Shown: positions 1 through 14,400 of the stretch, one piece after another
How the letters are laid out: every line of letters begins with the position of its first letter
How positions within the stretch are numbered: the first letter of the stretch is position 1
DNA from: Hypanus sabinus
Taxonomy: Eukaryota
NCBI RefSeq assembly: GCF_030144855.1
Contig: NC_082722.1
Coordinates: 20,274,001 to 20,338,000 of the forward strand
Reading direction: 5' to 3'
DNA length: 64,000 nucleotides
Made by a program: the position numbers and the translations under genes
The notes under the pieces: model-generated
The model's input: the letters and a program-made list of their open reading frames with translations, nothing else
Told to the model about the DNA's origin: nothing
Database searches by the model: none

Positions 1-905
1 TGACGAACGCGGGACTATTTAGAATGGAGGAGGGAGATTGAGTGCGTGTTATAATTGGCAGTAGCCCTTTATATCTCGTTCAAAATGGGAATTTCTTCAA
101 CATCTCTTTCCATTCAAAAGTTTAATCTGTATTGACGCAAAATGAGTGGCAGTGATTCCACACAACTATGCCGGCTTCAATGGTACCGATACTGTGGAGC
201 GCCATTCAGATCAAGACGTGTTACTGATTTGTATCGATTCTAGTCATAAGTCGCATAATTGGCATCAGTGAAAGGACTTTGTTTGTCTTTGGGACACAGA
301 TAGATTTAGAAGGAAGGACAACATTCTCTTCTGTGAAATTATTGAAATGTTGCTTACCCATTTCCCAGTTCCCCAAAAATTGTTTGAAGCTTGACAGTGC
401 AAATAATATTTATTCATTGGTTATAAATATTTGTAGTTATATATTTAAACAACTCTAGATAATCGACACACGTGCTGGTCTATAAGAAGGCTGAAGAACA
501 CAGGGATATTGTGTTTAACCTCGATCATGCTTCGCGTTCATTTCGATGACGTGTGACTTGTGCTTCGATGCAATTTTCTGTTGCTTTCTATCTCTTAATA
601 GCTAGCCTTAAGCAAAGTATTTGTCCAAAAGTTGTTTGGTATGACCCTTCCTCTGTTTAAAGCTTTTGACGGCATTGGGACGGGATGATGAAGAGATGTG
701 AACAGGGGTGATCGAGGTGCCGGGGATGAGGTTGGGGTTGTAGGAATAAAGGCATAACAAATATTTGGTTGGAAGTTTCAAAGGTCGAAAAAATTACGCA
801 GCCAGTCTTTAAAATGACATCAAACATGGAAAAAACAATGAAAAAAAATCTTTGTTTTTTACATGTAAAATACATTTTAAATGTATTATTTTACATCAGT
901 GTTAT

Positions 906-3900
906 CTAATGCCCTGGTTAACCACATGTATCATTGCATTCCCACTGTCATGCTGTTAGGTAAATTATTTCAGCAGCTTTTCTGCAAAGCACAGAGTAAT
1001 CTCTGAATTCAGCTTTACAAAGCAATATTTTGGTTTCTGCTAAGACAAGTGGACAATTGTTTGGCGTAGGAATGTTGCGTCAGCCATTCGGGTTTCTCTT
1101 AGTAACATTCTGTCCGGTGGGATGCCACGGAACATTCGAGAGAGCTGTGCGGGATCACATTCATGAGGGGCAGTGGGTTGTTTTTCGGTTTTTCTGGTAG
1201 ATGTTGGAAGTGGATCGAGGTGCGGAGACGAGTACAAGGGAAAACGCTGAAGCATCCCGTCAAAGGGGAGACCCTGTTATAGAAAAAGCAAATATTTGTG
1301 CAAACGAATGGGTCCAAGGAGGATATGCAAATACTCCTGAGTTTTCCAATTCGTTTGTAACAGTCTTCAAGGAAAGTCCGAACTGTGGCTGGGGACGTGG
1401 GCGCTGTGAGTGCCGACTATCCAGAAATGAATTCCAACACACATTTATACTGGTTTTAGTGTAATTGGCACCTTTAATGTTCTATTAACTGTTTTTTTAA
1501 TGTTAAAATATCTGTAAGTATACTGCCACTTTAATTTTATGCCAGTGCAAGATCTGTTATTTCCTGACAAACAATATATTTGTATAGGGTAATATTGATA
1601 GTCTATTCTCCATACATTTAGTTCCCTCAAACGGATGATTCCAACTTTCCATCTGTGTCATTTATATTGGCGGTGAGGAAGAAGAATGGGAAAGTACGAA
1701 TATGTGTTGATTATCGAATACCGAACAGCCGTCCTGTTCCACGGATCGAGTTTGCGCTCTTCTGCCTTAATGGAGCCAAATGGTTCAGTGTATTGGACCC
1801 AATAAGCGGGTATTATCACCGACCCATGAGTGCAGTGGATGAAGAAAAGATGGGATCAGGAGCACCGGCAAATTTTCCAACATGTCACGGGGACATGAAT
1901 TCTGCTTGAGTCACGGGTGAACTTACATGATCTCATCGTGTTTTCAACTACACTGGAGGAGCCTGAGACGTGACGATTTACTGTGTCTGACCGCCTAAAA
2001 GCGGAAGGGGTAAAACTCTCACTGGACAAGTTCCTGTTCTTAAGTCGTCAGTTAACTATGTTATTCACGAAGTCTCCTCGGATAGAGTGGCTACGAGTCC
2101 ATCGAAGGTACAGGCGGTAACCACATGACAATGGCTCAACAGGATGATTGCCGTACGTTCTTTCCTTGGGTAGTGTGAGGACCTGTGAATTATGTTTGTG
2201 AAGGACTAGTCCAGAGCAAGACAATGGTTGAATTAACTTCTGTATGGTTCCCCTCCCTTCAGTGAAGAGAGGGATGTGAAGAAAGGGATAAGAAGACAAG
2301 GTTTATTTTGCTCTTCGGAGTCTTTAGAGGAAAGATGGGATGCAAAGTGTGATGAAGCATTTCATCTGCTGAAGAGTTATTGACAAAACACCCTTGTTTT
2401 CCTTTGCAATCCAGCAGTTGCCGTATTTATTGCGCACACATGCTAGCCGTGCTGGAATAGGCAGTGTTCCATGTCAAGCGGAATGTAAAGGGGATATTGT
2501 TTTCGTTAGATGATGTCTGACACCAACCAAACGAATTTATCCTGCACACAAATTGAAGGTTCTAGCATTGAAATGGGAAATGGTGGTAAATCAATTGACT
2601 AACTGGTGCCAAGTTCGGTTCGAGATGAGGACCAACAACGATCCAGTGATTTATATTGTCACTTCAACGAAATCGGATGCCACAGGACATCGGCGGTTGG
2701 CGGCGTTGTCTGCTTATTATTCCTGCATTGCATATCGGCAACGAATTCAGCAGAGATGCGGGTGTGTTGTCACGAAGTTCTCATGAGGTGCCGCCAACAG
2801 GCTGAGTGTGGGAGGAGACATACAATTCCACATGCATATTGCAACTTAATCGTGCTGAATACCAAGCAGCTGCCCGACTTGAATGCTTCGGAATTGGCAA
2901 AAGTTCATCATGCCGATTCTTGTGAAGGTGCCATCAGGTCATCTGCTGACAAAGCGGATATGGACCCAGTTGAGAAGGCAAGATACCCTGCCATACCCGA
3001 ACCCATGAGGAAATGGAAACAACTGCAGTAGAGGAACCAACCTTCACATCGTGTTCCCTCTTGCCCACATAGCCCTCGGCTTTCCCAGTTGTGTTTCCCT
3101 GAAAGAAGTATCCGAAGATTGTACTGAAGTCACTTCAACTCATTCGGGAATTGACAAGATCTACCAATTGGTGCAAGATCGGTTTTATTGGACACGAGTG
3201 AAGCCTGAAGTTGAAAAGTACTGCACGTCGTGCATCCAATGTATTCGGAGGAAGACGCTGCCTACGGGAGTTGTCTATCAGATACTGCCAATATCCCATT
3301 CACAAAGAACAGAAGCACTCGTCTTAGTGTGTATTGAATTCCTCTCCATAGATCCTGATTCCGGTACTACTGCGATTGTCTTGTTCGTCACGGACTAATA
3401 CACATGATATGCTTAAGCCTTGTCCTCTCAGGATCAAAGAGTATCCACAGTTGCCAAAATGGTATGGAATAAATATATTATCCATTGTGACCACTGAAGT
3501 GACCAGGGAAGGGATTTTGACAGACGGGTCATACATGAGTTACTCTTTATGCTTGGAGTTCAGAGTCAAAGCGTACGTCATGTCACTGTCAAGGTGATCC
3601 TCAGCATTTAAGATTCAACAGGACATTGTTAGACATGCTTGGGGCCCTTGATGCCAACAAAATGGGAAAATGGTGTCAACTTATTGGACATCTGATGCAC
3701 TGCTACGGCTGTAAACAGAATTAAAACACTGGGTACTGGCCATTCTATTTGATATTCGGGCACGAAGCGAGGTCACCTGTAGACGTTTGGCTTGGAACCG
3801 CCAGTGGGGACTTGTCGCAGAACACGTATCTCAAGTTTTTATCTGATGTGAGGAAAGAAATTTAAAAGCCTATGAGCTCATATCTGTTTTTACTACCGAA

Positions 3901-4923
3901 CAAAAGCAGGGAAAGTAGAAGAGATATGGGCAAAGGATTATTTCCTCTCAGTTGATGCCTGGAGAGTCAGTTATAATAATAAATTTGGGATTACAAAGGG
4001 AAGCATACGTTTGCCAACCGCTGGGTTTCTACATCGTATGTAGCAGAGAGCCGGATGTCCAATTTGCCAGGTTGCGAATGGTCTTGTCAAAATTCTCCAT
4101 TAGAAACATCTTTTACCCCAAGGGCAGGAAGAATATGTTAGCCCCGAGTTTGACCTGGAGCCTACATCCGTAGAAATCTCCGGGCAGCAAGAGAACAGAA
4201 AGGCAGCGAACAGACAATAGTGTGACTACAGTTGAAGTTCATTAGAAATCTAATAAATATTTAAAAACTTCCTAAGGCTTATAATGTCATTACGACATGA
4301 CAATTTTTGGTCGGGGAGAATGTAATGACCTGGTTAAGAACATCTTCTACTGTATTCCTACTGCTATGCTGTTACGTATATTAATTTTCAGCACATGTTC
4401 TACAAGGTGCACTGCGTTCTGTTACTGAAGCGTTATAGACTAGTAGTTTGGATTCTGCTTGGATAAGGAGCAGTTTGCACGTCTAAGGAATGTTGTGTCA
4501 GCCAATCGGGGCTTTCTTAGTAACATTCTGTCAACTGGAATGTCAAAGAATATTCGAGAGAACTGGAAGGGATCGGATGTCTCTGAGGCAGTTTCGTATG
4601 CAGGTTTTGAAGTGGAAGGAGGTGGAGAGGCGAACACAACCAAAGACGAAAGCAGCATCCCGTTCGAAGAGGAGATCCTGTTGTAAGAGGTGTTTTGAGC
4701 AGACCAATAGTTCCAAGGAGGAAATGTAAATATTTCTGAGTTAGGCAGTTCGTTAATAACGATCTTCGAGGGAAGTCCGAACAGTAGCTGCGGACATGGG
4801 ATCATCGCCCTGAGTACTTACAGTAAAGCATCCGATTGTCCAGAAATGTGCTTCAACGCAGATATGCAGACTTTGACTGGTTTAACTGAAATGGTCCTTT
4901 TTTCTTTTATTGTTCTATTAACA
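906..4923 (+). mobile_element. Degenerate Ty3/Gypsy LTR retrotransposon (LTR-RT-RNaseH-IN-LTR), gag absent, in intron 2 of paralogue A
   Basis: VRKKNGKVRICVDYR, ALKW, DATGHRRLAAL, HSGIDK..QDRFYW, LVCIEFLS; LTR-like copies at ~906-1490 and 4321-4923 (TGTAATG...TTAACA) with a purine tract before 4321. Confidence 0.85.
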
Positions 4924-4944
4924 GTTTGTTACCCAGTCAACCAT

Positions 4945-5352
4945 TTTCCTATTCTATACCATTACAGTATGGTCCAGGTCAATTTTGACCTGGCCCAAGA
5001 ATACCCTCATAGGAAGTGTCTGTACCAAATTTTGAAACAAAGATATTTATAGAATGTATAAATAGCCAATCTGACATTAATTAATGGGTGATTAATCCTT
5101 AATTAATGTTTCGGAGAACTAAAATCTATTTCAATAGAAACTGGTCAACCTTCACCCGGAACAGCCTCAATGTACAAACAATTGCAGCACCAGTACAAAA
5201 ATATAAATTTTTAACGTATTTTCATTTTTTCGCATTTTGGGTCACTTTGGAAAAGTCATTAAATTTAGGCCAAAAAATGGCATTTAGGTTGTTTTCACTA
5301 CTGTCAAATGTCAAAACGAGTCACATTTGATACGAACAGTATGTAAGGGTAA
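4945..5352. mobile_element. Probable piggyBac-like non-autonomous element (duplicate at ~36700-37110)
   Basis: Palindromic ccaggtcaattttgacctgg near one end and ...catttgatcccaacagtatgtaagggTTAA (copy B) at the other; resembles piggyBac-type termini. Confidence 0.4.
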
Positions 5353-5747
5353 GTTGAAATATCTGTCAATATACTTCCAATATAATTTTAAGCCACTGTA
5401 AGGTCTGTTATTTCCTGATAACGATGACAGTGCATGAGGCAGTAATGATACAACATTCGCCGCATTTTTCGTCCCCTCAATGGAACAATCCATCTTTCCA
5501 TTTTAATTGAACTCAGATTATATCGACTCCAGACGTGTTTTGATTATTGAATGTGGCCTTCTGACTGTTACCCATGCAAAACTGTGTCACGTGGCTGTTA
5601 GCCAGGGGCAGCCAACCAGCCTAGGTTATTACGAGAAAATGTGTGAGCGTAACACCAGTAATGATATTTCACAAAATTTCCGCAATCGGGCGTTAGTCAA
5701 ATTGCAATTAAAGGAAAACATTGTACTTCCAGGAACAAAGAAACCAA

Positions 5748-6044
5748 GTAACAAAATAACTAAGAGCCAATTATATTTCTGAAAAATTGTTGCTGAATTT
5801 TCACTTGACGGCAAAACTCTCCACTGTCTGCGACACTAACATTCAGGAGGGTAAATGTGCCCTTCCTACTCTTAATACTGAACTACTGTTTTCTGCTGAC
5901 TGATTCTAAAAAATGTCCCCCGTCCAAACGAAACTTCAGCATATCCTGCAGAATTCGAAATTTGCAAAACATGGATTCAGTGCCACCGATTAAGAAGTTT
6001 AAAATCAGAGTATTGTTCCACTTTGGCTGAAATTGCTTTTACGG
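5748..6044 (-). pseudogene. Pseudo-VJ exon, paralogue A
   Basis: Aligns with exon 2 (AKVEQ, GGTESMFCKF, GTFTL.NV..AD.G). Acceptor AG>AA, 2-nt and 1-nt deletions, YYC>FCR, CAG>TAG stop, donor lost. Confidence 0.9.
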
Positions 6045-6079
6045 TTAACAATGCATAAATGAGAATGATGAAAACAGTT

Positions 6080-6560
6080 AAATACACAGTGCAGAGATGG
6101 TTTACAAGGATGTTGCTGGGACATGAGAAACTGAGTTACAGAGAAAGGTTGAATAGGTGAGGACTTTATTCTCTGGAGCGTAGAAGAATGAGGGGCGATT
6201 TGATAGAGTTATATAAAATTATGTTGTGTATAGATAGAGTGAATGGAAGCATGCTTTTTTCCGCTGAGGTTAATGGAGAAAAAATACCCGAAGACATGGG
6301 TTAAGAGTGAAGGGTGAAAAACTGAAAGGGATCATTGTCGTGGGAGTGGCAGTGTGGAATGAACTGCCAGGTTAAGTAGTAAATGCGGGCTCATTTTAAC
6401 ATTTATCAAAATTGTACAGGTACATGAACGAGAGGTGTATTAAGGGATATGGTCCAGGTGCAGATCATTGGGACTAGGCAGAAAAATGCTTCGGCACGGC
6501 CAAAGAACTGTCAAAAGGCCTGCTTCTGTGCTGTAGTTTTCTATTGATCTATGTTTCCAT
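6080..6560 (+). mobile_element. CR1 LINE 3' fragment (internally shorter than the copy in B)
   Basis: ERRRMRGDLIE..K RT C-terminal motif and 3' UTR; sits between the V and leader remnants. Confidence 0.9.
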
Positions 6561-6687
6561 GTGGGAAGAAGAATGAAGAAATGACAATATGAGAATTGGA
6601 TATGTGCTACGTCCTAACTTGCACAGTGTAGCTAATGTAAAATATTATAACATCGGCTTAGCTCCAAAAACTTGGCACAATAATTTG

Positions 6688-6735
6688 TGTACATGGTCAT
6701 AAATGTCACTCACCGAACTGTTGCATCTGTAAGTT
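6688..6735 (-). pseudogene. Degenerate leader exon remnant, paralogue A
   Basis: gtacatggtc...caccgaactgttgcatc aligns with gtacctggcc...aaccaaacttttgcatc of exon 1; carries an 11-nt deletion relative to copy B. Confidence 0.55.
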
Positions 6736-6929
6736 TTCGAAAATAAAACGAAGTGAGGCGTTTTATGTTTAATGGAAGGTGTATCATGTTTCACTAAATT
6801 CCAAACCTACACAAGAACGCGCACTGACACTTTTCCGTGATAACGTCGTCACCTCAGCGCAGCTCCTTAATGTGAAACCACAACCCAATTAGGTTACTCT
6901 ACACAGCGCTTCCTACACCCCCAAAACTG

Positions 6930-7410
6930 CAATGAGTCTACAGTCGGAATGAGGTCACACTCAGTTCGGAGGAGAAACAGCTTATATTCCATCAGGTTAG
7001 CCTGCAACCTGATTGCATGAACATCGATTTCTCGAGCTCCTCTTCAACATTCCTGATCACCAGTTCTCTCTGTCAATTTGTCTCCTTACCAGCTTATCAC
7101 TTCCCACCTGTGCTCCTCTGTCTTTTATTTTTCCCATGGACCTCCATTCTCTCCTATCGGTTTCCTGCTTCTCTAGCCCTGTATTTCTTTAAATAATCAA
7201 CTCTCCAGCCCTTTAGCTCAGTCCAGCTCCCGCGTTCTCCTATCACCTTGTGGACTTTCCTCCCCTACTCTCACTTTCTTATTTGACTTTTCATCTTTTT
7301 ATCCCCAGTTCTGATGAAGGACCTCGGCATGAAACGCTGATTGTTTTATTTTCTATTGGTGCTGACTGATTCGCTGATTTCCTCCAGCATTTTCTGAGTT
7401 TTGTGATTCC
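6930..7410 (+). mobile_element. Penelope-like element 3' fragment plus pyrimidine-rich tail (duplicate ~39745-40230)
   Basis: cagcttatattccatcaggttagcctgcaacctgattgcatgaacatcgatttc followed by the ctgatgaagg...gaaacg tail; family call is from recalled consensus. Confidence 0.6.
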
Positions 7411-7589
7411 TCTGTTTTAGACGTTCTCGGTTCACTGCTTTTGAATAACATGTGTTGAAGCACGTTATTAGTCTTTAATCGTTTAGGGGTCTGAAGTACA
7501 GTAAAATAGCTATGATGTCCGTATCAATCGTAATTGAATTGATTTATTTTTGCTTGGATATGGTCTGCATATGGTCTACATATGTTTGA

Positions 7590-8900
7590 GATGTGAGGAA
7601 GAGATTTGCTGAGGGCAGGGCAGTATACGACACCTTCATTGAGATTCACAACGTCCAGTATGGCAGACTAATATAGAAAGCCAGATTGCATAGGAACCAG
7701 GGTTAGCCAGCCGATGAACACGAGGGAGCCGAAATGATTTTGTATAAAATAAGAAGGTGATTTGCTATTCAAGAATGACGGCCTCCAACTACTGATGTAC
7801 TGAAGAGGGCGGTTCAGGTTTCACTACTCTTTGTCATGTACTTCTGAAATGCTTAAGAGGATAATATTGTTAACATCATTAATAACTTCGGGGAGGCAAC
7901 GAAATTGCTGATACAATAGAAAGTGAAAGCTAACCAACACTATGAAGTGGGAAACTGGTCCCTCAAGTGCAGATCTAATATAACCTGGACAATGGCGAAA
8001 TGTTGCTTTTTGGTTGGATGTAATAAAGCTGGATTTACACAGTAAATTGCCCTGGTGGTTGAAGTAGAACACAGCGACTGAGGGCAAGTGGCAACCGACG
8101 GGAAAAGAAAGGTAAAGAAGGTGTTTGTCTCACTTGACACAACAGTTGGGGCAGTGAGTGTAGGGTCTGGGATACCTTGTTATACTGTACACATCGTTAG
8201 GGAAACGCTAAGAGTATCCTCTGCATTATTAACACGTACAAACACGCTGGAGGAACGTTGACCGCTTGTTTCCACGGATGGTGCCCGACCTGCTGAGTTC
8301 CTCTTGCGTGTCTGTAGCTGTTGATTTGACCACAGATTCTGCAGTGTACTTTGTGTATTCTGTGCATTATTGATCTCCCAGCTATAGAAAATGGATGGAA
8401 GTCCTTAACATGCTGCTGAAAGGAGTCACGAGTATGTTTTCTGGAGAGCAAGCTTTTAACTGTAGGGAGAGGCTGCGTTATTCTTCCTTGAGTACAAGAG
8501 GTTGAACGATGACCTTATATAGGAATTTTAAGCGACGAGGGGTGTAGGCAGACCTAGGTTACAGTCTTTTACCCAGGATAGGTTAATCGAAAATGGGAAC
8601 ACATCAATTCAAGGCGTCAGAGATAAGAACTAAAATGGATATAGGGATTTTTTTCAACAAATAGGAGCTTTGTAAATGTAAAATGTACGACAAGGTAGAG
8701 GTGGGTTCCGTAGCAATGTGTGAAATACGGTTGGATTGGTATGTTAAGATGTGTTGAGAGAAAAAAAGAATGCATGGGACAAAAACGGTCCTCTGGGAGA
8801 TCAGAAGGATCACCTATGCGTGGACCCAACAGAGAATGGGGAGATCTTAAATAGATTCTTTGCATTCGTATTTACTTGGGAAAAGGACACAGCTTCTGTA
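7590..8900 (+). mobile_element. Old CR1 fragments with an embedded short SINE-like repeat (~8230-8360); duplicate ~41150-42690
   Basis: Degenerate RT-like and 3' UTR segments; the positional homologue in copy C is at ~61050-62330. Confidence 0.6.
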
Positions 8901-9229
8901 GAATTGACGCAAAGCAGCAGTGAGGCCACGGTCTTGTATTTCTTCATTCAGATCTTTGAAAATTGGTTCGAAGACCAAAGGGAACCCAGCATGATCTATG
9001 ACTGTATGCTCCTTCTTCCCTTCTCTTATCTCCAGCGATTTCAGCAATTCTCTGTCAGATACAATATGTTACATTAAGTGCCTAATATTCTAATTTCCGC
9101 ATGTGTCTAACATTTTGTACAAATGTTCTTAAGATACTAATCACATCAGTAACAGAAGTGATTTTGCTGAATTGCTTGTAATCCACAACAACACACATAA
9201 CATTGTAAAGGAGCTCAGCCGGGGAAGAA

Positions 9230-9900
9230 GCAAATATGAAAGTGAACAAACTGTCGATGTTTCGATTCAAGACCCTTCATCAGCATTGGAAAGGAAAAGG
9301 GAAGATGTCAGAGTACTAAACGGGAAAGTGAAAGGAGGACTAACAAGAAGGTCATGGGTAAAGGCAGGTGAGTGAGGGAGAGGTGATGAAGTAAAAATTG
9401 GGAGGTGATAGACTGAAAAGGAAAAGTACTGTAGAAGAAGGGATCTGATATGATAGAGAAAACCGTGCAAGAAGGGGAAGATGGAATGGCACAAAGGAGG
9501 GGGATATAGGTAGGTGGGGAGAAGAGGTAGGATGCTAGCGTGTGGAAATGAGGAAATAGGAAGGATGAGAGAAAAATTAATGAAAGGATAAATCTATGTT
9601 CATGCCATCAGATTGGATGCTATCTAGACTAAAAAGGAAACGTTGATCCTCCAACCTTAGAGTAGCCTCATGGTGGCAGAAGAAGAAACTGAGGACCAAA
9701 ATGTCGCGACGAGAATGGGGATAGGAAGAACAATGACTGGCCACCGGAATTACCGCTTTTTGTGGATGCAGTGGAGGTGCTTGAAAAAGCGATCCTCTAA
9801 TTTATATTGAGTCCCACCAACGTAGAGCAGGCGGCATTGGAAGTACAGGACAGAGTAAACAACCATAATAGATTCCGAGGTGAAGGTGTTGCCTCACCAG
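9230..9900 (-). mobile_element. Penelope-like fragment, purine-rich on + (duplicate ~43060-43415)
   Basis: Reverse complement of the same tail and GIY-YIG C-terminal region seen at 6930-7410. Confidence 0.6.
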
Positions 9901-11019
9901 GACGAGCTGTTTGGGGCCCTGAGTAGCGGTGACAAATTATATAGCTTAAGTATAATCTTCATGTTGTCTTGGTCAGACATGGACAGTTTCCTTCCATTTA
10001 GATTTACATTCCAGATTCGAAACCAAATGCTCTCTTCACCAAGGGATCTACTCAACTCAGTACAAGTTTGACAACATTTCATAGTCATTTACAGAGGAAA
10101 GTTATTCTGGAATCTACCTCGGTGTTGTAATTCATCACACAAATAAAAAAATACTTCCTTCATAGGAAGGCCACTTCTGTGTTTTTTTTTACATTATGTT
10201 AAGCCATATAGAAAAACATTGACAAAATTCCCACTCGGTTCTATTATTTTCTGAATCAAATGAAAGTATTCTCAATACTTTGCAGTGTATTCTCTCATGA
10301 CAGGCTAGTCAAGGATCTCGGCCGAAAAGTCAACTGTTCATTCCTCTGCAATGACGCCACTTCACACTTGGATGCCTGGATAAACAAAATGTTTCTCTTG
10401 ACATTGATATTGTTATGAGTTTTCTGTACTACTGTGATGTATAACTGGTTCCGCAATTGTATTGGATTTTATTGAATATTGTGATAACGCTTCACATTAT
10501 TCACTTTGTTGAATGTTTAAGCCGTATAATCGAAAAAGGGACTTTGCAGAACAAAATGAGAAACTTTTAGTAGGGAGGAAGAGGGTTCAAAATCACTTAT
10601 TTTAACATTGAGCCATTGTTTTTAACCTGAGCGTTGAAATTAAAAATAAACAAGTCTGCAAATCGATTTTTGAGCTAGAAGCAAACTGTACCCACAAAGT
10701 CATTCGATAATATTACTAGGCACATTAGAGCATTTCTATTTTCTGCTGTTGACCTGGGTGTAAGCTTTGTTGCAGATATTAAGCTAAAAAATAAATTGAA
10801 TTGTGGTGAGGCCCGTCTCGAACATTCGGAACGATATATTTATATAACTGTTATTTTCCGTTCCTCTGTGACTTCCTCTGGCAACATGTTTTATAGATCT
10901 AGCCTACTAGGTGTTAAAACCCTGCCATGCAGAGTTCTCCTTTAAATATTTCTTCTCTCAATTCAGTACGATGACCTCCAGCTTTAGTTCCCCAATCTTG
11001 GGAAATTGCCTCTGAGAAT

Positions 11020-11420
11020 CCACAATATTAATGACTGTTTCAATATTTATCCAAGTTCATGTTATCCTTCATTCTGCTATACTCCAGAGTCAAAAACACC
11101 CTTTTCTATACAATCCCTCCATGCCAATGCCTGTCTCCACTTCAAGGCTATATCCCGGTGTATTTCTACTGCAATCTTTCTAACTCTACCACATGTATTC
11201 TATCTTGTGGTGACCAGAAGAACACGCAACGCTCCAAGTGTGGCCTAGCCAATTGCTATAGCTGAAACATGATGTCCCAACACTCGTTCATACACTGGCA
11301 AGACAGCAAGTTGGCAAAGATCCCTCTTATCTAATAACCGGATATATCGTCTTTTCAGGAGGTGATCCCCGTGTCCCCTAAGGATCCTTTGTACCTCAAC
11401 GCTTCCTGTCTGTGCCAGTG
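11020..11420 (-). mobile_element. Old CR1 3' fragment (duplicate ~44540-44940)
   Basis: gtggtgaccagaagaacacgcaacgctccaagtgtggcct matches the reverse of the CR1 RPHLEYCVQFWSP region. Confidence 0.7.
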
Positions 11421-14400
11421 GCTAGGTAAATTATAAATACAGGAGTTTCTGAACATGCTGAAATCCAGACTAATAAACAAAAAATCCTGCAGGGACTTAG
11501 CAGGACTCACAGTATTAATGAAAAGGAATGAACTGTTGCCTTTTCGAGCCGAAAACCTTGATTAACGTGTTCCCTTTCTTCGAGATACGAAGCAATGTTC
11601 CCCTCTAATTTTGCAGCAGCGAGGACTGACCATCGCTCTGAGCAGGAAATGTTTACACGGCCTCTCAGAAGATTATGCACGAGCTGGTAGCTTATTAACA
11701 ACGAGCTATCGATTTCCAGTCTGAGCTTGTTGTGAAATTCGTAACAGTGTTGTAACTAGCAACACGGACATTGTAAGAACGTTGAAACTCTGAAGTGTTT
11801 TACATTAAAGTTGTCATGTATTCATTATGCAAAAACATCGTGGTTTATATTCATTAGCACACAATTATATGGTATTTCTCAAATGCATTAACAGAGATTT
11901 CATAATACTATTAGTATAATTTCAAAATTAGATTAACATTATCTAAAATGAACTTTGATCTGCGTGTCAGAAAGGCTATGAGAGCAGTAGCAGTTCCGCT
12001 ACTGCGCGGCTGGATACCCGCACAGTTTAATGGGAACAGTGGGGGAACGTGTATACAGACCATGTCCAGTGGAGGCTGGTTTACTAATGAACTGAACTAC
12101 GTCCTCAAACATCTGTAATTTTATTCTTTATGTCATGCCCCGTCTCCCGCTGTCAAATTTTTGAGTATTACCATTGACCTGAATCTTACAAGGAGATTTC
12201 AATCAAGGGTAAATATTGTTGCACAAACACTTCCCATTGTGATCATTACAGACGCGAATTCACCTTCTCCGAAAAAAAGCACCATTTTCATATCGACATG
12301 TAGATAACGTTTTCGTCCAGTGGAAGATGTAACATTTTCGGTTGATTAAAAAATGGGGTCATTCAGAAAAAAGTAGCCAATGAATGAACAAAGCAACCCT
12401 CTTTGAATTCCTGTCACAAAGTTTGGCGATGTCCATAAATCGTGAATTTTTTAACAACATTTCAACGAAGGCCATTAGGGACCAATTGCCCTACCTCCTA
12501 CATGATACTATACATTGATATTTGTAAATATATCACTGTTCCTGAGTTACCGGAAGTCTTAGCCAACAGGATAGGCAAATGCTTTCTTCTCAGCCAAGCG
12601 CGATGGAAGAATTAAATTTTGCCTCACGAGGTACTAACCTTACTTGCTGTTATTTTACATAAGTTACACATTGCAATACCTTGGAACCTTACCACTGAAT
12701 TCAATCCTGCCGTATATCGGTTTCCCTGTGTGTTGGAGCACAATTCAGTGAATGTTTACCAGATGCCAAAATCATTATTTGTTGTTTTATTTTATAGGTT
12801 ATTCCAGCCATCGAATTATTTGGTCTGAAATACAACGATGCTGCTGGACGAATTAATTGGGCTATACAATGCGGGTGAAGGCAAGAGAATGGTTAAAGTT
12901 TTGCGATCGAGACTCGGGGTAGAGTGTAGAGGGAAGATACTCAATAAATAAATTTGAGAAGGAATTGTGTGACCGAAACAGTCAGGTGATAGCTAGAACC
13001 AAACTGTGGGCTGGAGTGGCGGATTGGTTGCTGAGCTAAATTCGCTTCTTTATAACTGGCGGCTTCTACCCGCATAATAAAAAAAAAAAGATTGTCTCGT
13101 CAATGCCGGCGAATCTCTGGATTTTTTTACATGGTCTGATGAATATTGAGGTAAATCATTGGGGCATATTTAACGGAAACTAGTTTTTTTTTTACTTTAA
13201 ATCACTGAGAAATGTGCAATGGACCAGAAGAGCAGGTTATGACTTAGCAGATCAGACATTATCACGTTAAATGGCCTGGCAGTAGAGAGAGGCGGAATGG
13301 CGGATCCCGATTCATAAGTTTCTTACTTTTTCAATTACAATGAATGATTAGGAGAAATGTCGAAGACGAAAATGACCTCTTCTCTGCCCAACTCATATAT
13401 ATGATATCGATTCTCGTGTTTTTTGTCTGGATGTAGGGAATAAAACGAAGCAATGCCTCGGGTGGGTCTGCACTCATTGGTGGTCTACAGCTCGGAACTA
13501 CAACTGGATTCTCAGCTAGACTGCTTCCTGGGAGTGTTTACTATACATCTGCGCTCAATGTATGTTTGCGTTGCAATTTGGATGCTGATGTGTTCATGGA
13601 ATTTTAAGGTTGCAGAGCTGCACAAGTCAGTTTGTCAGCTCCATTTTTAGATTGTGGAAGTAGTATCAAACTCGAGCATCCAGTGACTAATTGAATCAAA
13701 CGATCGCAAAATGTATTAGTGATGTACTTATCAAATTGAACTTTAGATTTCTACCGCGTTACTCAAAGTTTATGTCAGCGTTCTTCAACATTTCCCTGTT
13801 TGAATCATATAGAGTTTGAAAGGGAAGAGCCTATCTTATCCCACAGAAGAATAACCGTTTCGTTCCTTATTTAAAATGAAGTCACTCAATATCTAATTAG
13901 GAGAGTAGAGAATTCATTGAAGTAATAGTCATATTACTAAATATTTGGCTAATACACAATACAAACACATTTTTCAGTTATTTCTACTGATTTTCGCAAC
14001 CTGATACAACTACTGAGCACACGAGAGGTTGTTTCACTGTAATTGAAGTTTAACTTGAACTTGAGCTTCCCGCGAGAGGACCTTAAGATATCGTGATGAT
14101 ATATCGTCGGCGATATTGTTGTTCTGCAAGCTGACGTATATGAACTAGAGCAGATTTTTGAATCCCTTTAAACTGATATCTCTGACGTACTTTTGAAATT
14201 GAAAAAGATGTCTATTGATTAGGGCAAAATGATATTTTGCTCGTCAGTCGCAATGTCCGCTATTCTTATTCTTAACTTTCAGTATTATTTCAGCCGTCGC
14301 TCTTTAGTTTCCCTGCAGTAGATAAGGAGAAAAAACCCGGGGAAAGTGCATTCGTTCACAGTACACAGAACCGAAGCCTTTTTAGGTTTTCAGCTTCTCG

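Noticed and set aside
12797-12880. Plus-strand acceptor followed by VIPAIELFGLKYNDAAGRINW
   Set aside because: Frame at the acceptor is not kept in copy B, and no partner exons or domain are recognised
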